64,000 nt of DNA, from contig NW_024704743.1 of assembly GCF_018977255.1 (NCBI RefSeq), forward strand, positions 55,182,001-55,246,000. Direction: 5' to 3'. Positions 37,360 to 50,083 of this stretch are shown in pieces (position 1 is the stretch's first letter; every line of letters starts with the position of its first letter). The position numbers and the translations under genes are program-made. Source of the DNA: Callorhinchus milii. Taxonomy: Eukaryota. The notes under the pieces are model-generated. The model saw only the letters and a list, made by a program, of their open reading frames with translations. It did no database searches and was not told where the DNA came from.

Positions 37360-37950
37360 CACAATTGTTTGTGGGACTCTGCTGTGCGTAATCAGCTGAC
37401 CCTTTCGTCCACAAAATAGACAGTCAATCAACTTTACAGTATATTATGTGAAGCGTCTTGAGACATCTCAATGACGTGATAAGGTGCTATATCAAATGAA
37501 AATATTATTATTATATTGTTATTATACACCTACTGAGCGAAACAGTGAGAGATATGGAGTGGGACCGGATGTCGAAGAAAGAGTTCAGGAGTGGAAGCCC
37601 TACATCAGGATTTTCAGCTCATAGTCTAGACTGACACTCCAATAGTCACTGGGGAGCATTGGATTGTCAGACGAGCAATCCTTTGAATGCAACGTTTAAA
37701 TGAGGTCCTGTCTGCCAAACAGGTGAATGTTAAACATTGCATGGCACATTTCAAAAAGAGAGGGGAGTTTCTTCCAGAGTCCTGGCCAACAATCCCTAGA
37801 TAAAATTGGTCATTCACTTCATGGTTGTTTGTGGGACTTTGCGCAAAGTGACTGTGACAGTCACCAATAAAATACACAGTCATTATACTTTACAGCGAAT
37901 CCTCTGAAGTGGGTGAGACCTCTTCCCAACTTGAAAGGCGCTATATCAAC
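37360..37950 (+). mobile_element. Two Deu-SINE copies (about 37360-37525 and about 37590-37950)
   Basis: ttgtttgtgggactctgctgtgcg...attattatta, and gcattggattgtcagacgagcaatcctttgaatg...gaaaggcgctatatc. Confidence 0.8.
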
Positions 37951-38779
37951 AACGACAACTTGCATTTATATAGCCCCTTTCACATGGGGCAGCATCCCGG
38001 ATCACTTCTTGCATATCAAATGCAAGGATTCTACATTATGAAATGCTCCATAAATAAAATGGTAGAATTTTAACCCCCAGGTTCTTAAAACATATAGCAG
38101 CAATATTTTTCACTATACAAACACTAGACATCAATTGTACATTGTAACATTGTACACTGTACAAGTTGTTGTTGCAACATCAAATGAAAAATATTTGTTA
38201 GACTTGTACAGAATAACCCCTTAATTATCAGATGAGCATATCTATAGGACAAATTCACTTTAAATGATAATTTAACAATAAATGTAATGCTACGTGGTTA
38301 TCGTTGGAAGGGTATTCTGCAGATTGGTGGGAGTTCCTATTCTCCCTTTTGGGCACAATGAATGAATTTTTAGAGCACGTCTCACATTTGTGTATTCCCA
38401 AATAACTGCAATGTGTAGAATATTCATCACATAACATCCAGTAGGAATTTTTACGATTCACACTGTTCCAAATTTTCAGGAAATCCTTTGTACATGTTGC
38501 TGAACGTTGTGCTTCCACTTGAGTGTAATGTATTGAAAAGTAAGCATATTCCTCACAGACATCTTGTCATATTGATTAAAATAGTGCAGTCTCAGGATAT
38601 TTTTTCAAAGACATTTGTGATCATCGCAATGCAGATTTAGACATTCCTTATAGAACCATTGTTCTTTCTCATAACAAGTGTATGTTTTAATTTTCATTTC
38701 CCTGATATTTTCTTCTTCCTTCTTTGTGGTTTTTGTTCAGATTCAGGTGTTCTTGCTGTGGAAAGTTTCAGATGTTCAT

Positions 38780-38970
38780 CCACAAAGTAATTAAACATGT
38801 AGATGACACCAAGTTGGGGGGAATCAGTGGAATCAGAGAAGCAGCAGAGATCTTACAAATCTACGAATGTCGCTTGACATATTGCTCACTATGTCAAAAC
38901 AGTGTGAAACAGCAATAGCCAAGGCAAATCAGTTCTTGGTATGGATTGCCAGATCAATTGAGTTCAGATC
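38780..38970 (+). mobile_element. Old CR1 RT fragment
   Basis: VDDTKLGG and aaggcaaatcag. Confidence 0.7.
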
Positions 38971-39249
38971 TCGTTTAAGCAGTTTGTGTTGAGTAAATCT
39001 GATATATGGAATTGGATTTGGATCTCTGGAACATCAAGATGGCTTATATTTCACAAGTTGCCCTGTATAGGTCCATCCACCACAATTAAGCATTTGAGAC
39101 ATCCTTCTGATGTGAAAAGTACAATATCAAATGTAAAGTTCAAGGATTAATATTACTATCTATCCAGGGCTAGGGTCCACATTAAGTGGTGTGCAGAGTT
39201 AAGCAATTCCAATTTGTGGGGCCACTGTTTAATGTGTATCCGAGTTGTG

Positions 39250-39400
39250 GAGACCCTCCTCTTCGATCACCCTCCTTCCCTACCCTCCCTGAACCCGACC
39301 CCCAGCTCAGGTCCGAAACACTGATTGTCCAGCGCCTTGGGATGTCCTCCTGATGTGAAAGGCGCTTTAGAAATGTAATTTTGTTGTTGTTATTGTTGAG
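39250..39400 (+). mobile_element. L2 3' tail
   Basis: agaccctcctcttcga...gcgccttgggatgtcc...aaaggcgct...(ttg)n. Confidence 0.88.
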
Positions 39401-39589
39401 TTCTGCTACTCACCAAGAAGCTTAAAATAGGGGACTTGTACCTGGAATCCACCTAGTAAGAGTTCAGACTTGAGTTTATGAAATGTCTAACAACATACAA
39501 TCCTCTTTGGGCAGGGAGAGATAAGTGGAATCTTCTTGGAGCTAGCTAGCTCCAAGGAAAAGTGACTGGAAAGCAAGTTTTGGAATCAA

Positions 39590-39830
39590 ATTGATCTGCT
39601 CCAGCACTTCAAAGCACTGTTGATGACAGACCAGTCACCCTGGATGATTGGAGGGATAGACCAGTGTCTGGGTGCATGGATACGTCCCACTTGGATCCTG
39701 TTAACCCTGCAATTCACAATCCTAATGGGTAAGGTGGTCCTAGGTAGACAAGCAACGGGAAGTTTGTCAGTGTGTGTAATGCCTGGTACTTGTGTGTGAG
39801 TCTCGATAGTGAGGTTCAGCAGACTTTTGA
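39590..39830 (-). mobile_element. Tx1-like LINE C-terminal fossil (homologous to about 52040-52210)
   Basis: Reads VPGITHTDKL...RTTLPIR...WSVINSALK. Its reverse complement aligns by eye with cttcccactgcttgtccatctaggaccaccc at about 52046. Confidence 0.5.
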
Positions 39831-41152
39831 CCCATGAATGTAAAAGCAGATTCGTGAAACACAACCGAAAACCTAATAGGATTTGGTGCCTATGGTGGTC
39901 AGATATTAGAATTTGTTGGTAGCTGTTTAATTGCTTTGTAATTTATTTACTTGAATAAAGAACCTACTGTATTAATGGTAGTTTGAGAAAGTACCACAAA
40001 GTCCATTGCATCTATGTGGTCCAGCAAGAAAACCATCTTTATTGCAGTCACTCTCTGTCTGAACAGTTATACTATTTCTCACCAACTTGCTCTATTTTTG
40101 AGCACTTCTCTAGACTGGCGCCTTATGTAATATTGAAAGAATCTGAATCATTTTGGAAAGAATCAGCAGAATAGTGGCAGCTTTTTCCATTTTAACAATC
40201 CTACGCATAACAGCAGGAGGTGTGGGCCCCTTTTCTTATGGCAAACAGCCCTCCTCACCACCCTCCCACCCCAGCCACACATACAACCATAGGAGTCTGA
40301 GACAAGTCACTACACAGAATGGTCTCAGTCCTTCACTAACAGCCTGAACACTCACAGGGACAACACGACACACAAAGCCAAACACCATCGAACCTCCATG
40401 GGGAAGATCCCATCCTCATCTGTAAACAGAGCCAGCTAATGTACTGAAAATCATAAGAAATCCCATTGTATAACTCTCAAAGTATTTTGCAAATTCAATT
40501 ACATCATGTAACCTATACTTTTTATAAACAAAACTTGTACAACCACTGTTTTCACTAAAAGAGGATAATCTGAGCAATAAATTCCATCAAAGCACTCTTG
40601 CAGCTCATGTTTTTCTCATGTCTAATCTCATGTTAATCTCCACCAAATAAATAAACCAGTTTTGTTTGAAGTTTAAGTTATTGGAGTTTTATTTTTGTAC
40701 TTTATGGATTTGTGAAGCATACTTTTGACTTGTGTAAACATGTGTCAGTTTCATGCTGCAATGTAACCTTCTCCACAATAACCATGTAAGTGAAATATTT
40801 ATTTGTCAATCAAAATTCAGCATCTGTCCTGGAACTGAGGAGATATCAGGTTAACGGTGTCATTTACCTAGCAATACACTCAGCACAAGCTCTCCCAGAC
40901 CACCTCCCAGCAGGAGAAGCAAACACAGTAACATAAACCATACATCAATACCATATCTAAAGCCAAACAAGGACAGCAACCTTAAGCAACAGGACCACCG
41001 CAATGAATGTAAGCAGGATCCCATGTTCAAAAGAACCAACTCTAGGTGTTCAGTCCAAGCTAATGTTTTACTTCTTCACAAAGTATTGCTAGCAAGCAAT
41101 ATGTGCCAAACTCAGGCCACAAATGTTATGTGCTCAGATTTTCAGAAAGTTG

Positions 41153-41575
41153 ATAATAATAATAATCCTTGCATTTGATATAGCGGCTTTTCATGTCTTT
41201 GAGGCGTCTCAAAGTCCTTCACAGAATATACGGTAAAGTGAATTGACTGCATATTTGTGGGCGAAACCCGGCAGCCAATTGCACACAGCAGTGTCCCAAA
41301 GTAATCACGATTGAATGACCAAATTTTTTAAGCGATTATTAGCCCCAGAGAAACGATTTGCCAACCGGGTTACTTACTGCTTGGTAAACAGAGCATTGTT
41401 TAAAAAAACAATACCAATAGCTGACCGGGACCTTGGTTTAACATCTCAAACAAAGGACAGCATCTACAACAATAGAGTCAGCCTAGACTTCAATCTGAAT
41501 ATCCCTTTTTGGGGTGTGAACCCACAACCTTTTGACTCATAGACTAGAATGCTACCAACTGAGCCAGGCTGACAC
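41153..41575 (-). mobile_element. Truncated second-family SINE (41153-41395) adjoining a SacSINE1-like head (41420-41575)
   Basis: (taa)n tail, ttacttactgcttggtaaacagag, and tgaacccacaacc...gctaccaactgagccaggctgacac. Confidence 0.82.
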
Positions 41576-42334
41576 ATAAGGGATATGCACAATTAAGGGA
41601 TGTGGTAAAAAAAACACTGGAAGTAGAATTGAAAAATTAGCTGTGACCTCGCAAAATGGTAGAAAAGTCTGGACAGGCTGAATGGCTCCTTGTTCCTTTT
41701 CTAAATTTCTATGATTTCTATAGCCTATGCTTATCCTTCAATAAATACCTTGTCATTGAAGAATGCAATGATTGCCCAAAATATAGGTCTCCCAGTAATT
41801 TGATGAGAAAACAAAGAGAAGTGGAACACTAACTGCTTCTTTCACATAGCCTTTCATTATTCCATGGTGTTCTTGTGTTTTGGCAGCAGTTGTGCCTTTT
41901 AGTTTTCTATTAATGTGGTATTCATCTCTCCCTTAAGAATGTTGCCCACAAAAAGCAAGTGAACAGTGTGTTGTGAAAATTGACTAAAATATGGAAATAG
42001 CCTTCCATGTTTGAGACTGAGCGCACAGGTTATTTCAAATGCATTTTGTTGGCTGACAAATAAAGTCAATAATTGCTTCCATTAATGCTGGAATCCATTC
42101 AAGGAAAATAGTGTTTAAAGTTTGCATTAACAAAAGAGTCTATTCACAAAGGTTTTTTTTATTGTTAGAGCATGATTCTGCAGAATGGATGATGAACATC
42201 TGTTTTGTCTTTGAGTAGCATTATTCATATATCTTTCCACAGCTAACCTCAGTATATATTACATAAGACACTGATTTGAGACATCATTTTATGCTTATCT
42301 TTTCACTTTTCAGAATTAAAAAAAATTATTTAAC

Positions 42335-42605
42335 ATAATTTACATTTGATTTAATGCCTTTCATGTTGGGAGGACATCTCAAAGCAAGTCACTTGTAAAG
42401 TGTAGAGACTGTGTATTTTGTAATGAACTATGGCAGCCAATTTGTGCAAAGCAGTGTCCCACAAATGGCCATGAAGTGTATGACCAATTTGATTTTGGGG
42501 ATATTTGGTCAGGACACCAGAAGCAACTCCCTTCTCTTTTTGAATAGTGCCATGATACCCCTAATGTGGCAAATGGGAACTCAATTTAACTGCTCATTCA
42601 AACTA
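42335..42605 (-). mobile_element. Deu-SINE
   Basis: ggcagccaatttgtgcaaagcagtgtcccacaaa...gaatagtgccatg. Confidence 0.8.
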
Positions 42606-42787
42606 CCTCTCAAAGCCCACATCATGATTACACTTAATCATTTACTTTTTTTGTTTTATAATTAGAATTAAATTTAGATTTGTGCCCTCCATCATTTTCC
42701 ACAGAAAGTATCATCTCAGTTGTTGTGCAGGCACTTAATGTCACCAACAATTGTCTAATTTTTCATGTGCATACAGCAATAACAAAA

Positions 42788-43225
42788 CGTGGAGCCTGGT
42801 GTGGGAGAGGACATGGGATGTAGAGTTCTGGATGATCTGCAGCCTATGGAGGTAGTATCTGAACCATTCAAGGACAGAACCATGAAGGTTGAAGTGAAAG
42901 GAGAGGTGGTGGAGGAGGATAGAGTGGTCAACTGTGTCGAAGGCAGCAGAGAGGTCAAGGAGGACGAGGAGGCAGAGGGAGCCCTAGTCACAGATGGACA
43001 AAATGTCATTTGTCATTTTGACCAAAGCCGTTTCTGTGCTGTGGGCGGCACGGAAACCCAATTGGAAGAGTTCATGAAGGGCGATGACTCCAAGGCAGCG
43101 GAGTGGGAGGGGGATGGAGATTTTTTTTTCAGGGGTGGTAAGAGATAGAGGTGGGTTGGGTGGTGGTGGGAAGAGGGATTGAGGAGTTAAGGGAGATGAA
43201 GTGATAGTTCGAGATGGTCCGAGCA
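42788..43225 (-). mobile_element. L2 with several internal deletions
   Basis: Reads [27 protein letters not shown]. Confidence 0.88.
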
Positions 43226-43819
43226 TAATTACACACCCACATATTTGATGTATTAACAAATCTGTACATAATACAAAATCTCAAATATCTGATTCTGCTA
43301 TATACGCACTGAAGAGAATGCATGTTGTTTTGCATGATATCTTCAAGATTGTACAGAGCAACTCCATTACAAGGAAGTAGTCTAGGTCCACAAACAGAAG
43401 TTTACACCTGTGGCCAGTCAATAATTACCAACTGGCCTTGGCCACAGTTTTCAACAATGTCACATCACAATTTTTAACCATTTTTCCTGCGTCATTGCAA
43501 TTCCTTCAAGTGTTCCTCTCAACCATCAAGGTCAAATCTATGAGTTATCTGTCCTTGTTACAGTTGTCTCTGGCTCTAGTTTATATATATTTTCCAATTG
43601 TTGGATGCAGGAACCTTCATGAGTGTATTTACAACAACTGTGGTCAAGGTTTGCAGGGAAATCCTGTGCTATTTGAAGTTTACCCCACAGGGATTTGCTA
43701 ATCCTTGCTTTAACAGCTGGTGTGTAGTTTAATTAGCTTTGAGCAAATTCACTAAACTAGAGAGTTCACAATGTATTGAAGGAAATGTTTCTTTCCACGA
43801 GGCCGTCACTGACGTTTCA

Positions 43820-44090
43820 TTTGCACCAGTTCATTGGAATAGAGTTGAATGTAAGAACCCTTTCATCATCATTCTTAAGTGATATAGTAACTGGTGAGAC
43901 CACACCTAGATTACTGTATAGAATTCTGGTTGTCGCAACAAGTGGGCTGCCCAGGCAGTGCAGAGCAGAGCAATGAGGATCATCTCCAGAGTTAGAGGAA
44001 TCAGCTATGAACAATGGTTAACAAGCTAGGGCTCTTCAGTCTTGAAAGCCAACATCTCAGAGGTATGTACCGTATTAAATGGGATTAAAC
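43820..44090 (+). mobile_element. Old CR1 fragment
   Basis: ctggtgagaccacacctagattactgtatagaattctgg (LVRPHLDYC) and ctagggctcttcagtcttgaaa. Confidence 0.7.
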
Positions 44091-44094
44091 CCTT

Positions 44095-45880
44095 CTCTTT
44101 TCCACCACAAACCATCTCCTCCGTCCATGCCTCACCCAACCTCTCTTCAAATTCCAACTGTGAGGAGATGCTGGACTTCCTCGAATCTAAAATTGAGGGG
44201 ATACGTTCAGCCACCTCAGCCCTGTCCACAGCCTCCCCCACATCACCTCTCCCTCATGCCCCACCCATCCCGCCTATACTCCTTCGATCCTATCTCTCCC
44301 TCCTCCCTCACCACGACTGTCCGCAAACTCAAACCCACCACCTGCTCCCTTGATTCCATCCCCACCTCTCTCCTCATCTCCCAACTCCACCTTCTGGCCC
44401 CTCTCCTGTCCAATATCATCAACCTCTCCTTGTCCACCAGTTCAGTTTCCCACCCCTCTAAAAACAGACGTAATCACTCCCGTCTTGAAAAAACCTTCCC
44501 TGGATCTGTCCCTCCTCTCCAGCTACTGCCCCATCTCTAACCTCCCAGTCCTCTCCAAGGTCCTGGAATGAGTTGTCGCGTCCCAGCTCCACTCCTTTCT
44601 TTCTCGCCATTCTCTCTGAACCCTTCCAATCCGGCTTCCGCGCTGCCCACAGCACGGAAACAGCCCTGGTCAAAGTCATTAATGACATTCTGAACATCTG
44701 CGATGAGGGCTCCCTCTGCCTCCTTGTCCTCCTCGATCTCTCTGCCGCCTGCAACACTGTCGACTACTCCATCCTCATACACTGCCTCTCCACTTTACTC
44801 AATCTTTACAGATCTGCCCGCACTGTCACATCTGGCGTCCCCCAGGGCTCAGTCCTTGGCCCTCTCCTCTTTAATATCTACATGCTCCCCCTTGGTGACA
44901 TCATCCGCAGACATGGGGTCAACTTCCATATGTATGCGGATGACACCCAACTCTATCTTTCTGCCTCCACCCTCAACTCCAGGACCACTGCTGCTGACAT
45001 CAAGTCCTGGATGAGGGCAAATTTCCTACAGTTGAATGTGAACAAGACTGAGGCCCTCCTAATTGGCTCCCGCCAGCGCCTCAGCACCTTAGGCTCTGGC
45101 AGCATCAACCTCCATGGTTGCACACTTCAACTCACCAAACCAGTCAGGAACCTAGGTATCTTGTTCGACCCTCAACTGTCTTTTCTTAACCACATCCAAG
45201 CCGTGACCCACTCTGCCTTCCCTCACCTCCGTAACATCGCCCGACTCTGCCACCACCTCAGCCCTCAGGCCGCTGAAACTCTTGTTCATGCCTTCATCAC
45301 CTCCCGGCTCGACTATGCAAATGCCCTGCTTGTCGGCCAACCCAACTCCTCCCTCCACAGGCTGCAGGTAATCCAGAACTCTGCAGCCCGTGTCCTCTCC
45401 TGCACCAAACTCCATGACCCCATCTCCCCCACTCTCACCCGACTCCATTGACTCCCTATCCTTCAGACGATCCAGTTCAAGATCCTGGTCCTCACCTACA
45501 AAGCCCTCCATGGCCTCGCCCGAACCTACCTCTGTGACCTCCTAAACCCCCACCAACCCGCCCGTTCCCTCCGCTCAGCCGGCTCTGGCCTGCTCCACGT
45601 CCCCCTACCCACTAGCCCCACCATTGGTGGGAGAGCCTTCAGCCACTCTGCCCCCAACCTCTGGAATTCCATCCCCCAGTCATTCCACCTCGCCCCCTCC
45701 TTAGCCTCCTTAGCTGAAGACCCTCCTCTTCAATCATGCCATCGGCCACCCCCCTTCCCCTCCCCTCCCTTCTCCCCCTCCGACCCCAGCTTGGGTCTGA
45801 AATGCTATACTCTGTCCAGCGCCTTGGGACGTCCTCCCGACGTGAAAGGCGCTATACAAATGTAATCTTGTTGTTGTTGT
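44095..45880 (+). mobile_element. Longest uninterrupted L2; 292-aa RT remnant at 44573-45451; intact tail
   Basis: Reads [42 protein letters not shown] and [10 protein letters not shown]. The tail is gggacgtcctcccgacgtgaaaggcgct...(ttg)n. Stops and frameshifts lie upstream and the RT has an internal deletion. Confidence 0.96.
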
Positions 45881-45959
45881 TAAATTAAAAAGTAAACCCA
45901 GAACAATACATGATGCACCAAGAGAGTAGAACAAGAGGACATTTATTGAGAATTGCAAA

Positions 45960-46757
45960 GGGAATTGCTGACGGACCTTATCCACAGCTTTGTCACATCC
46001 CTGCTGGATTTTTCCAGTGCACACTTTGCTGGTCTCCCTAGCTCTAACATTTCGCCCACAAAATATACAGTCAATTCACATTACAGTATATTCTATGAAG
46101 CACTTGAGATGTCTCAAAGACGTGATAAGGCACTGTGTCAAATGCAAGGATTATTATCCATAAACTTCAATTCGTCCAAAACGCAATTGCCCACATCCTC
46201 ACCTGCAACAAACTCATTTCTCCATCTCCCTGGTCCTTGCCATGCTCCCGGTCACTCAGCAGATCGATTTGGAGTTCCTCACACTCATCTTCAAATCTTT
46301 TCACACTCTTAGTTCCTTCCTAACTTTTTGATCTCCTTCCTACTTCTTTGTTCATCTAACTTGGGTTTACTGTGTGACCCCCAGCCTACTCTCAGTGGTT
46401 GAACTTTCCAATTCTATGCTCCTAACTACTCAAACTCCCTCCCTCAACCCCTCCATCTCACCTCCTCTCTGTCTGTTATCAATTTCCACCTTAAACCTAC
46501 ATCTTTGACCAAGCTCCATCCCCCCATTACCTTCATCCTGCTTGGCTTCAAATATGATTCTACACAAAAGTTGTTGCTGTTGAAGGTCTGAAGACCACCC
46601 TCTTTGACTGTGCCTTTGGTCATCCTCCCACCCCCATGCCCATGCCCTCCACCCCTCGATTCCAACCCCAGCTCAGGTGCAAATCCTTGACTGTCTAGCA
46701 CCTTGGGATGCCCCCTCCCAAAATAAAAGGAGCCATATAAAGATGATTTGTTGTTGC
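45960..46757 (+). mobile_element. Old L2 split by a Deu-SINE tail (about 46045-46158), followed by an L2 tail (about 46590-46757)
   Basis: Reads LIHSFVTSLLDFSS and HKLQFVQNAIAHIL. Confidence 0.78.
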
Positions 46758-47109
46758 ACTTAATGTCTGGATCAGATTGTCAGGAAGGGTGGATATGGCC
46801 AGAACACTCGACTCATTTAAAAATAAAGCTTGATGCTATGATTGGAAGATGGTAGGGTGGGTACTATTGAAAAATTATGGGTATCAAATGGGCCATATAC
46901 CTTCTTCATGAAGACTTATCTTGTGATCCTGTAATTACTCCAAGATCCTAGTCTATTACCATACACTTGAATTAGGTACTGCTCATGGAAATCATTGTAT
47001 ACAAAGATAGGGATCAGAATTTGTGTGTGCCATTTTTTTGCTATTAACTATGAATAGTTGAGGTTTATGTATTTCCCAATTACCTTTAAGTCACTTTCAA
47101 GTTATGCAC

Positions 47110-47365
47110 CAGTCTGTTCAGTGGTTAGAGCATCCTAGGCGAAACCTTGGCAGTTCAAGGTCATTTTTCACTACGACTGTTTGTGGGCAGCTGTCAAGGC
47201 AGCCTGGCTCATCGTCAGTACATGGAGAGGCAGACTGGGTCAGAAATTCTTCCCAATCGGAATTAGGAAGCTTGCCTAATGTTTTGCCCTGTTTGGGAAT
47301 CGAACCTAGATCCTCTCGTTTGTGAGGTGAGTGCTCTAACCAATATGCTGCAGGGCTCCACAGCA
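47110..47365 (-). mobile_element. tRNA-derived SINE head of the second family, facing a plus-strand SINE remnant
   Basis: Minus strand reads gtggagccctgcagcatattggttagagc...ggttcgattccc...ttaggcaagcttcc. Confidence 0.7.
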
Positions 47366-47444
47366 TTTTGAGATGCTACACAGCATAAAGGGCACTATAT
47401 AAATGCAAGTTGTTGTGGTTGTTGATGACAGTGTAAAACACTCT

Positions 47445-47890
47445 CCTCAGAGCAATATGAAATAAATTCCTTATAGAATAATATGAAGCATGTGCCCAAC
47501 CTAGGCAACATGAAATATATATTTCACAGATAATATGAAATGCCTGCAAAGTGAAATGTATTCCACAGCACAATTGGAAATGTGTTCTTCCCAGGACAAA
47601 GTGAGACATGATCTTCATAGGGCAATATGAAACATAATAATATGAAATATTGTAATATGCAAGATATATTCCCAGAACTATGCCAAACATGGGATTGTAT
47701 GAAACATGTATTCCCCTGGGCAATGTAAAGCACGTTCTCCAATGTGGCAGTATGAAGCACATGCTGCAATAAGTAATAAGAGATGTGTATCTCCCAAAGC
47801 AATTGTAAATATGTGCTGTTTTGGGTAAAGGGAAACATATACAACCCTGGACAATGTGAGCCACATACTTTGCAGCGTAAAACATGTAAC
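47445..47890. repeat. Degenerate minisatellite, unit of about 26 bp (consensus near gggcaatatgaaacatgtattcccct)
   Basis: A gcaatatgaaa-like core recurs at about 25-28 bp spacing, roughly 16-18 times. Confidence 0.8.
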
Positions 47891-48269
47891 TTGAGAGGCT
47901 GTCCTCTAATGCAATCATTATTGAGCTATAGAACTTCCTCAGAGTGAGCCTAACAATAGAATGACTGTCATCTTTGTATTGCGATGTTTATCCTCAGGGA
48001 AATGTGCATATCACTACACTGTTCATAATCTTCACCATCTTCAGCAAAAAGAACTGTAAGATGTCATCAAAGGAGACGCTGTTTTATTTGCTATTGATGC
48101 CATTTCTATTGAGCATGGAACTCCTCTTCTGAAGGACAAGCAATAATAGAATTGCCAAAGGCAGACTCTGATGGAATGGTGTGTTTATCATCAGCACTAA
48201 GAAGATCAAGTCAATAACTTGAGGAGATTGACCATTGTGTTTCTCACTTCCTTCTACTTTTGCAAACTT

Positions 48270-48765
48270 TCCTCAGTTATAATCATTCAGCTCGTTTGCA
48301 GCTTGGCGTGCGGTTTATGGCATTTGCTCTTGTCCATAGATCTGAAATTTGTTGGGGGGGGTGGTTTCCAATGTTGCTCCCAGCCACAGCCTCTAGAGAA
48401 AAGGTAAGGTCACTGTGGGAAAAGGGCCAGAGGGGAGGGAGTTCAGATGAGTCAAGGACAGCGGAGAGGTACTGGGGCAATTGTTTCCAGTGGCGGAAGG
48501 AGATGGAAGTGGATTGGGTGGCAGGGATTGGGTTGGAGGAGTTAAAAGAGATTAAGTAATAGTCTGAGATGGCTTTATCTATGGTGGTGATGTCTGAAAT
48601 GCTGAGGCGTCGAATAATCATTAGGTCAAGGGGATGATCATGGATGTGGGTGGTGGTGTTAAAATGGAGGAAGAGGTTGAGAGAGGAGGCAAGGGTGAAG
48701 AAGTCAGGAGAGTTGGAGCAAGAAGGGGTGAAGTGGAGGTTGAAGTTGCCCAAAAAGATCACAAA
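48270..48765 (-). mobile_element. L2 endonuclease-domain fragment
   Basis: Reads IFLGNFNLH...THIHDHPLDL...ISDYYLISF. Confidence 0.88.
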
Positions 48766-50083
48766 AGTAGTGTGGAAGATGTTTCATCTGCACTATTTCT
48801 AGGAGTCTTAAAACTGTGTTATTGGTATGAGATAGAAATGACTGAAAGAATTCCAGCCCCTTGGGATATCCTCCCGACATGAAAGGCACTCTATAAAGGT
48901 AATTTTGTTGTTGTTGTTGTATTGGTGTGTTTCACAAAATGAGTGCTTGGTTGATACAACAAATAAACTGACAATTATAAATTTTCAGTCTGTGTTCTTG
49001 GTATGAGATAGAAATGACTGAAAGAGTTACAAAACTTGTGCATGGGCAAAGATAGTTTACTTTTGCCTTCAGGTATGCAGCTTTGTTATTCTGAGTGCAT
49101 TTCATTGAATGAGAATGAATGTGAATCTCCATTTTGCTTTGTGCAAACTGTTCAGGAATGAATACATGTGGTTTGGCATGTTGAGTTCAAAGGTGTGGCC
49201 ACTCTGTTTAGCCTGGGAGTCAGCCAGCAGTGGAACTAACCACTCTCTTTCGCTTGGCCAGAATCAACCAACTTATTCTGTTTAGCCAAAATATAAAGTT
49301 GGGAACCTGAGAACAGAGGAACCAAAGTCACTTTTGTAGTTTAAGCTTAACAACTCATTTCATTACTGAGACAAAAAAATATATAATTTTGCATTAGTTC
49401 AATAAGCAGGGTTACAATCAGCAGGATTACATTAGCATTATGCTATTATTAATAATAATAATCCTTGCCTTATCACGTCTTCGATTATACTATCATAGTT
49501 ATTATGCTATTATACTCACATGTAGTATGTCACAGTGGTGACAATATCAAAGTTCATAGGCAGCAGACAAAATTCTCTTGGTTAGAGAACACTGATGATA
49601 GCAAGCTTGAATCTTTTCCAGCTGTTCCTCTTTCTTCTGAAATTACTTGAATCTTGGATGCGCCAAATGTCTTGAATCTCAGAACCTCGGGGGTGTTCCG
49701 CCTTCCTGGATGAATAAACAATGCACTGGCTCTCACAACAACTCCAACTGTGCAGATTAGCTATACTTCTTTATATCATGGTTCTTTACTTCAGGATGTG
49801 ATCAGTGAATGTCAACATGTTTTCACCGATTATTTTAATCATGTCAGCCTCGGGTTGACTCTGATCAAAGTGAAGTTCCAAACAGTAGCAATTAATTCAC
49901 AACACAACAATAACTAATTCACTTCTTCTTTCTTAGCCAATTATACCTTCAAAATACAATACACAACATATTGACATCTTCTCAAAGCATATTATCCAGC
50001 ATTATACTAGCTATCCCATTACACATGTTACCTTTAGATAGAAGTTCTGCAATTCAGCTGAATTTAATTAAAACAACATTTTA

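Noticed and set aside
38741..38790. Plus-strand polypyrimidine acceptor
   Set aside because: It runs directly into a CR1 RT remnant and the peptide is unrecognisable.
44573..45451. 292-aa ORF as a functional reverse transcriptase gene
   Set aside because: It is a 5'-truncated L2 with flanking stops and frameshifts, an internal RT deletion and no endonuclease.
47445..47890. CRISPR-like repeat-spacer array or a 180-aa protein
   Set aside because: Whole units are homologous and degenerate, there are no cas genes, and the context is vertebrate.
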